From contig JBDRIM010000060.1 in NCBI GenBank assembly GCA_043816005.1, positions 1-43,280 of the forward strand: DNA of 43,280 nucleotides. The letters run 5' to 3'. Every line of letters begins with the position of its first letter. Positions within the stretch are counted from its first letter, which is position 1. This DNA comes from Candidatus Micrarchaeota archaeon (GTDB lineage Archaea; Micrarchaeota; Micrarchaeia; Anstonellales; Bilamarchaeaceae). Below the pieces are notes generated by a model, which was given only the letters and a program-made list of their open reading frames with translations, was not told the origin of the DNA and searched no databases. The translations under genes and the position numbers were made by a program. Of this stretch, positions 37,558 through 43,280 are shown in pieces.

Positions 37558-37991
37558 GTGGAAACCGCGGAAAAGCTAAATAAACTGGCCAAATTGATGG
37601 TACAGCTTGAAGATCAATGGATATTTGTTGAAGGTAAAAAATCTTTGATTTTTTGACTGTCTTGAACTTTGTTCAAGGACAAGGTAAAAAAGATAAAACA
37701 GCCTTCGGGAGACTTGGATTTACAAAAATCCTAACCATATCCGGAAATCTAAGATTAAGTTGTGCAAAATTAGCTAGAGAATATCCTGCGGTGAAAAAAG
37801 TATTCGTATTAACAGATCTTGATCGCAGAGGTCACCAACTTGCCAAATTGGCAAAAGAAGAACTTGAACGGTTCTCAATAGGAGCCGACCTTGAAATGCG
37901 AGGCGATCTTGGATATATTTTGGGAATACGAAACTTTGAAAATACAAAAAAAGCATATGACAAATTTATTGAAGAAAATATGAATAGGTGA
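37558..37991 (+). pseudogene. Small Toprim-domain protein interrupted by a 50-bp insertion
   Basis: GGAGG RBS and GTG at 37558 give METAEK...WIFVEGKK. Removing 50 bp restores VEGKKDKTAF...VLTDLDRRG. Confidence 0.8.
37631..37691 (+). mobile_element. Paired-hairpin insertion flanked by the 11-bp direct repeat AAGGTAAAAAA
   Basis: Repeats at 37631-37641 and 37681-37691. Stems AAAAAATC-ttt-GATTTTTT and TGTCTTGAAC-ttt-GTTCAAG(G)ACA. Confidence 0.75.
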
Positions 37992-38045
37992 AATTTTATG
38001 GCATTGATCGTCGAAACGATCAATAATAAAAAATGGTGATTTTTT

Positions 38046-39365
38046 ATGGCAAAAACATATATAGATACGGTAAAATACTTAGTTTATACTAGTGTAGAGA
38101 TAGGAGGGTTGGTTGAAAAACCAGACGTAGTTGGGGCTATTTTCGGACAGACCGAAGGGCTTCTTGGTGATGACCTTGATCTTCGTGACCTCCAGAAAAA
38201 CGGAAGGATAGGAAGAATAGAAGTTGATTTATCTGGCAGAGATGGTAAGACAACTGGGATTATAAAAATACCAAGCAGTCTTGATATGGTTGAAACATGC
38301 ATAATTGCAGCAGCACTTGAAACAGTTGATCGTGTTGGTCCGTGTGAAGCAAGGTTGAAAATAACTAAGGTTGAAGATACAAGAAATTTGAAGAGAAAAC
38401 AGCTTGTAGATAGAGCAAAGAATTTACTTAAGACCCTTCTTAACACTGAAATTCCAGAGAGTAAAGAAATTTCGCAATTAGTTAGGGATGAAGTTAAGAC
38501 TGCTGAGATAACAGAATATGGTCATGATAGACTACCATCTGGACCGACGATAGAGCGAGATAATGAAGTGATATTTGTAGAGGGTAGAGCTGACGTTCTT
38601 AACCTTCTAAAAAATGATATTACCAATGTTATTGCGATAGGCGGTGCAAAGGTGACAAGAACGATAGTTGATCTATCTAAAAAGAAGGAAGTAACTTTGT
38701 TTTTGGATGGTGATAGAGGCGGAGATATAATTCTAAATGAATTGAACCATGGTGGAGTAGACATAGATTTTATTTCTAGAGCACCAACTGGTCTTGAAGT
38801 CGAAGAATTGACAAGAAAGGAGATTATAAAACATCTGAGGAATAGAATTCCATTTGAACAAAATTCAAGGAATTTTAGAAGTTCTGAAAGACGCAACAAC
38901 AATGAAGTACCAAGATTCAGACAGCAAATAGAACCACAAGCACAGGAGACTTTCACGATAGAGGTTGAAGATAAACTACAAGAAAAGGTTGAGCCACCAC
39001 GTGAAAAAAAAGGCAGGAAAAGGGAGGTTGAACCGGATGTTCCTAGAATAGATGAACCTGAACCATCAGAACAAGTGCCTATGACCAAAGCTGACCTTAT
39101 GAAGGAACTAGATGTACTTGGTAATACACTTAAGGCAAGATTTTACAATCAGAATTTCGAGAAAGTAAATGAAGTTGCCGTACGTGATGTTATAAAATCT
39201 CTTAGTGACTCCAGTAACGTACACGCAATAGTTTTTGATGGGATTATAACTCAGAGACTTGCAGACCTTGCATCAAAACAGGGAGTGAAATTGCTTATAG
39301 GACTTAAAATAGGCAATGTAAATAAGGTCCCTGAAAATATAGAAATAATCACAAAGAATAAGTAA
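38046..39365 (+). CDS. dnaG: Archaeal DnaG-like primase
   Basis: VEKPDVVGAIFGQTEGLLG, GRIGRI, VEGRADV, DGDRGG, FDGIITQRL. Confidence 0.96.
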   Translation: MAKTYIDTVKYLVYTSVEIGGLVEKPDVVGAIFGQTEGLLGDDLDLRDLQKNGRIGRIEVDLSGRDGKTTGIIKIPSSLDMVETCIIAAALETVDRVGPCEARLKITKVEDTRNLKRKQLVDRAKNLLKTLLNTEIPESKEISQLVRDEVKTAEITEYGHDRLPSGPTIERDNEVIFVEGRADVLNLLKNDITNVIAIGGAKVTRTIVDLSKKKEVTLFLDGDRGGDIILNELNHGGVDIDFISRAPTGLEVEELTRKEIIKHLRNRIPFEQNSRNFRSSERRNNNEVPRFRQQIEPQAQETFTIEVEDKLQEKVEPPREKKGRKREVEPDVPRIDEPEPSEQVPMTKADLMKELDVLGNTLKARFYNQNFEKVNEVAVRDVIKSLSDSSNVHAIVFDGIITQRLADLASKQGVKLLIGLKIGNVNKVPENIEIITKNK

Positions 39366-39403
39366 TTTTTTTTATTTTTTTATATTATAACTATTTATAC
39401 AGA

Positions 39404-39910
39404 CTATTTATACAGGCTAAGATCCATAGTAACTAAATACGTCGATCCATCATCATTTACTACTGTAGCTAATCTTCTTATTTTGACTATATGAAGAACA
39501 TCAGCAGGTGGAGAATTACCAATTGAAATAGTTGGACCTCCAGTGACGTTGGTTATATTGAGAGCTGCCATGTATTGAGTACCTAATTTTATATGCAACC
39601 AATTTGGACCGGCATCAGGATCAACAAGATCATTTGTCTTCTGAATTGCACAATTAAGCAATGATGAATTGACACGCCTGTCAGACCAACTTAGTGCTAA
39701 ACCAAATTTCTCGATGGTATCACAATCTGCTGATGGCGAAGGAGGAGTAAAAAGAAGATTCGAGACACGAATTGCGTCCTTTGAGATAGGATCATTTTGA
39801 TAATCAAGGAATGATTTCACACTATGCCAATATGAAAGTAATGCGACTAGAGCAAGAACAAAGATTACTGAAGCAACGATCGCATCAAAGCTAAAATACT
39901 GTCCTTTCAT
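39404..39910 (-). CDS. Pilin-like protein (class III signal peptide)
   Basis: MKG|QYFSFD followed by a hydrophobic helix. Confidence 0.8.
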   Translation of the reverse strand: MKGQYFSFDAIVASVIFVLALVALLSYWHSVKSFLDYQNDPISKDAIRVSNLLFTPPSPSADCDTIEKFGLALSWSDRRVNSSLLNCAIQKTNDLVDPDAGPNWLHIKLGTQYMAALNITNVTGGPTISIGNSPPADVLHIVKIRRLATVVNDDGSTYLVTMDLSLYK

Positions 39911-39921
39911 ATTTGCACCTA

Positions 39922-40485
39922 TTATTGAGTTATAGTAAGATTCTCACCATCATTATTTAACATTATTACATTTGAACAGGCATCACTTTGAAGTATTGGG
40001 TCTACGCCTTGAGTTATACACCCACCAAATTTGTAATTATAACTTGGTACGTTGTATTGGTAACTAAAATTCCCATAATTTCCTGGCCATTCTATGACTA
40101 TGTTTGGTCGTGGTGTGGCAAGATTACCCAGGTGGATTGTGTATGGAATGCCAAAAATTGTCCTCGGAAACACATAACGATATGAAAAACCTTCGCCACC
40201 CTTAACTGAAAGAGTTAATATGCTAACAAATCCATCTCCAGCCTCTTTAACAGCTTTATTTTGTTGATATGGAAGCTCGGTTCGTTGAATATCACTAACA
40301 GCCAAAAAAGCAGCTATTGCTACGAACATAAAAACACCGGTGTAAAGCATGAATTCGGTAGCAACCTGCCCGCGCAGGTTGCTTGCAGGGAACGAAGTTC
40401 CCTCAGTCGCAACTTGACCCCGTAAGTTGCGATAAGAAAACGAAGTTTTCTGTGTGGCGACCTGACCGCGAAATTTATCAATCAC
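39922..40485 (-). CDS. Pilin-like protein with a triplicated RGQVAT leader
   Basis: RG|QVATE followed by a hydrophobic helix. RGQVAT occurs three times at 16-aa spacing. Confidence 0.82.
   Translation of the reverse strand: MIDKFRGQVATQKTSFSYRNLRGQVATEGTSFPASNLRGQVATEFMLYTGVFMFVAIAAFLAVSDIQRTELPYQQNKAVKEAGDGFVSILTLSVKGGEGFSYRYVFPRTIFGIPYTIHLGNLATPRPNIVIEWPGNYGNFSYQYNVPSYNYKFGGCITQGVDPILQSDACSNVIMLNNDGENLTITQ
40357..40470. repeat. Two tandem 48-bp paired-hairpin units in the pilin leader
   Basis: Coding strand: AGAAAAC-ttc-GTTTTCT with TCGCAACTT...AAGTTGCGA, then AGGGAAC-ttc-GTTCCCT with AGCAACCTG...CAGGTTGCT. Confidence 0.85.
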
Positions 40486-40909
40486 TGATGTCTACCTCCA
40501 CCTGATCACCATTTTGAATTGCTGCAACAGTTACCCTAAATAAACCGGTTTTCGAACCAATGCTATCGGGTGATGAGTGTATTTTGGCAATAGTCGGAGC
40601 AACTGCATCGAAATCTCCATTTGCAGTTTTAATACGAACAACGACCTCCCCATTAGAAACATAGATATCTTGAGTTGAAACTGGAGCATTGAGAAGAATC
40701 TCTCTCTGTGCACCAGGACCCTGAGCATAAACACTATTCATGGTATCTGCAAGTGTTCTTGCAGTTGCATCAGCCTGTGCTTTTGAAGCATCCTCATAAC
40801 CAATTGAAGTGACTGAGAGTAGCAAAAATAAAACGGGAACAGTAAAAGCTAAGACAACCCCGAAACTTATCAAAAGCTCAAATGAAGACTGTCCTTTCAT
40901 GAATTGCAC
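40478..40909 (-). CDS. Pilin-like protein (class III signal peptide)
   Basis: MKG|QSSFE followed by a hydrophobic helix; VYAQGPGA. The start may be 40900. Confidence 0.85.
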   Translation of the reverse strand: MQFMKGQSSFELLISFGVVLAFTVPVLFLLLSVTSIGYEDASKAQADATARTLADTMNSVYAQGPGAQREILLNAPVSTQDIYVSNGEVVVRIKTANGDFDAVAPTIAKIHSSPDSIGSKTGLFRVTVAAIQNGDQVEVDISD

Positions 40910-42486
40910 CCCGCAGCAATATCACATGTTATATTAACAAGACCATAATCCACTTTAGTATCATCACTTACAGCGAATATTCCTGTGAATGGATCATCAG
41001 CACATGCAGCACGGTTTTTACATCCAGGCAGACCACGAACTTTTATGCCTGTGATAGAGCCATCGAACAACTCGCGATCCAATCTACTATGAGTATCGTA
41101 AATTGCACTGTCATTTGCGTAAATACCAATAATAAAAGTTTCAATGCCATATAATGAACTGTTTCTCGAATATGGATCTAATAATAATCTTTGTAAGTAT
41201 GATGGGGATTTTGAATTGTAAGTATAGTAACCACACATAACAAAATCACGCATACGCTCAACAGAATAGATACCTGCTTGGGATGTAATAAGTTTGTTTC
41301 CAGGATTTGCAGCTACTTGTTCTTCCTTGTAGTTATTTACAAAAAGTGTGCATAGGCCAGTTATATTACTTCCATCAAGAACAGGACATTCTCCAGCAGT
41401 AGTTGGATCAAACCCACTTGAAACTATAAATGGTTTGCTTGTTGATATACCATTTCCACCGATAGCAGGAGTACAACTACCACCAGAATATTGAACGGTA
41501 TTGAATGTATCAGTTTCATTTTGATTGCCGCCACACGCAGGTACTATATGGCCAGGTGCATTAGTTACAATATATCCGCCAAAATTCTCATATACTTCGT
41601 GAGGAAGTGCAGTGATTTCATCATATGTACCAACAAGAATGTAATTGTGCATTGATGTTGGTGCTACAGAAACTGCACTAGGTAGACCAGGTTCAGCAGC
41701 AGATGCATTGGCAACTGCTAAATAACCATACAACCAACCCTGTCCGCCCTGTACTGAAGTAGATATTTTTTGAGCTGATAATGTAGATGATGTTGAATAA
41801 AGAGCTTTGTTGAAAAAGAACATACGATATAATGCTTTTGTATCTCCAGCATAAGTTTTGCTAACTCTTACAAGTGCTGGATCAACAAGTCCGGTAATAT
41901 CAAGTTGGTTTTTGATTGTATAAACTCTTGAAATTGAAGAAGTATTGGTAAGATCACTTAGTGTAAGGTGAATATCAAATGAATAGTTAACTAGATCAAT
42001 ATCGCCTTGCGTAAATTGGAAATTAGTGACATCAAATTCACTTACATAAACTCCGATTGCATTCAAAGAAGCATTTAGATTGCTAACCCATGATGTAAAT
42101 GAAGAATTTTCTTCCTGTGTAATTGAAGTGCCAACCCCATAAAAATAGGAATCAGATGCATTTCCGTATAATATTAATTCGTACATCGAATTCCGTATGT
42201 TTTGTTCTTCATCAAGAGCAGGGCCTTCGACAGCAGGATTTTCTATTGTATGAGTGTTGAGCCGATTAAGTGCGCGGTTTGCTATTATATGAGAGATAGT
42301 ACTCATCTTTTCAGGTGTTATTTGTTCTATTGCAAGTTCAACTGTTGATTGTTTGTAGAATTCAGAAAATGATTTTTCTGATGTTTCAACTGATTTGACC
42401 CAAACAGAAATAGACAATAGTATATATGTGAGTACAAGAAAGACAGTTACTGTAAAAAGAAATCCTTTTTTATCCAACATAATCAC
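40897..42486 (-). CDS. Large pilin-like / putative adhesin protein
   Basis: KKG|FLFT followed by a hydrophobic helix. Cys-containing C-terminal domain with DP and PSYLQRL motifs. Confidence 0.78.
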   Translation of the reverse strand: MIMLDKKGFLFTVTVFLVLTYILLSISVWVKSVETSEKSFSEFYKQSTVELAIEQITPEKMSTISHIIANRALNRLNTHTIENPAVEGPALDEEQNIRNSMYELILYGNASDSYFYGVGTSITQEENSSFTSWVSNLNASLNAIGVYVSEFDVTNFQFTQGDIDLVNYSFDIHLTLSDLTNTSSISRVYTIKNQLDITGLVDPALVRVSKTYAGDTKALYRMFFFNKALYSTSSTLSAQKISTSVQGGQGWLYGYLAVANASAAEPGLPSAVSVAPTSMHNYILVGTYDEITALPHEVYENFGGYIVTNAPGHIVPACGGNQNETDTFNTVQYSGGSCTPAIGGNGISTSKPFIVSSGFDPTTAGECPVLDGSNITGLCTLFVNNYKEEQVAANPGNKLITSQAGIYSVERMRDFVMCGYYTYNSKSPSYLQRLLLDPYSRNSSLYGIETFIIGIYANDSAIYDTHSRLDRELFDGSITGIKVRGLPGCKNRAACADDPFTGIFAVSDDTKVDYGLVNITCDIAAGCNS

Positions 42487-43197
42487 CTAAATGTAAATAG
42501 TAAATCTCACAAGCCGTACGTCAGTAGAAGGAACTAATTCTCCTTGAAGTGTTTCTTCTGGCGGATGATTTCCGATAATGTACCCACCCGTACCCGGACT
42601 TCCACCTGGTGTTGTTAGTTCACCACATGTGATGATACCCCAATCAGTCCAAACTGAGCCTCCAGAACCTGGAACTGAATCACCTGCAGACCAACCAGAG
42701 CTAAAGCCACATGTCATATAATTATATGGCGGATAATCCATTTTGTTGATTGCACTAGGATAGTTGAAAGCCATAACGACCGTGGAAATTTGAAGTTTTT
42801 TTGGACTGTCTGCATGTGGATCAGCAGGAACAGCAGATGTATTGTATTTTGTAATCCAAGTTTGACCTTGATCTTTGCTAACCTCAAGTACATATCCAAA
42901 TTGATTAGGAACCATCTCACCTGCAGTTTCTTTTATAAGTTCAATAGTAGGCAGATGTCCATCTGATGAAAATGCAATATTATCTAGTATGGCTGTGTCG
43001 TCAGTTATACACCCAAAATAACCAGAACATTGAGTTGTTGATAGAGAGTAAAGGATATCGCGAGTAAGGTAATGTCCTTGAGTAAGAAGATGATAATATG
43101 CTGATGGTACACTTGAGAAGAATATTAAAGAGTATATGACCACGAGAGCAAGAGTGAAGGCTACAAAAGCATCTAGTGAGAAGATGAACGCACGCAT
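42487..43197 (-). CDS. Pilin-like protein (class III-like signal peptide)
   Basis: MRA|FIFSLDA followed by a hydrophobic helix. First gene of a tightly packed cluster. Confidence 0.78.
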   Translation of the reverse strand: MRAFIFSLDAFVAFTLALVVIYSLIFFSSVPSAYYHLLTQGHYLTRDILYSLSTTQCSGYFGCITDDTAILDNIAFSSDGHLPTIELIKETAGEMVPNQFGYVLEVSKDQGQTWITKYNTSAVPADPHADSPKKLQISTVVMAFNYPSAINKMDYPPYNYMTCGFSSGWSAGDSVPGSGGSVWTDWGIITCGELTTPGGSPGTGGYIIGNHPPEETLQGELVPSTDVRLVRFTIYI

Positions 43198-43280
43198 AAA
43201 ATAACATTGGATAGGGGTCTTTTAAAACCCATGCGCTATTTTTACTTTTTCAGCCACAGTCTCACGGCGAACCACACTGG

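Noticed and set aside
37631..37691. Canonical bulge-helix-bulge intron or integron attC site
   Set aside because: The junctions are direct repeats and I could not build a BHB. The AAC/GTT pair is next to the loop, not at the ends as in attC, and no integrase or cassette array is present.
37653..37991. Independent 112-aa gene starting at TTG 37653
   Set aside because: The start is inside the insertion and the product would lack the conserved Toprim Glu; it is the 3' part of the interrupted gene.
347..43207. The many 60-190 aa ORFs nested in or antisense to larger genes
   Set aside because: They overlap well-supported CDSs and show no motifs; treated as shadow frames.

Overview
AT-rich archaeal chromosomal segment. 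Markers are rps8e, Cgi121, MCM, archaeal DnaG, archaeal LeuRS, ApgM and class III signal-peptide pilins; DPANN, possibly Micrarchaeota, is my inference. The left third is accessory: secreted Cys-rich proteins, a bacterial-type deoxyhypusine-synthase-like gene, and a five-gene cluster with three bacterial-like Hanks Ser/Thr kinases plus a peptidoglycan-binding-domain protein. The rest is housekeeping genes, a type IV pilus/Tad-like locus, an intein-containing MCM and a second pilin-like cluster. The most striking unexplained signal is a dispersed family of ~50-nt paired-hairpin elements, most with an AAC...GTT stem core, covarying stems and often one unpaired base. They occur between genes and also inside genes: in frame in the LeuRS N-terminus, twice in a pilin leader, and out of frame with an 11-bp duplication in a Toprim gene. 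All calls come from reading motifs by eye; no searches or folding programs were run.
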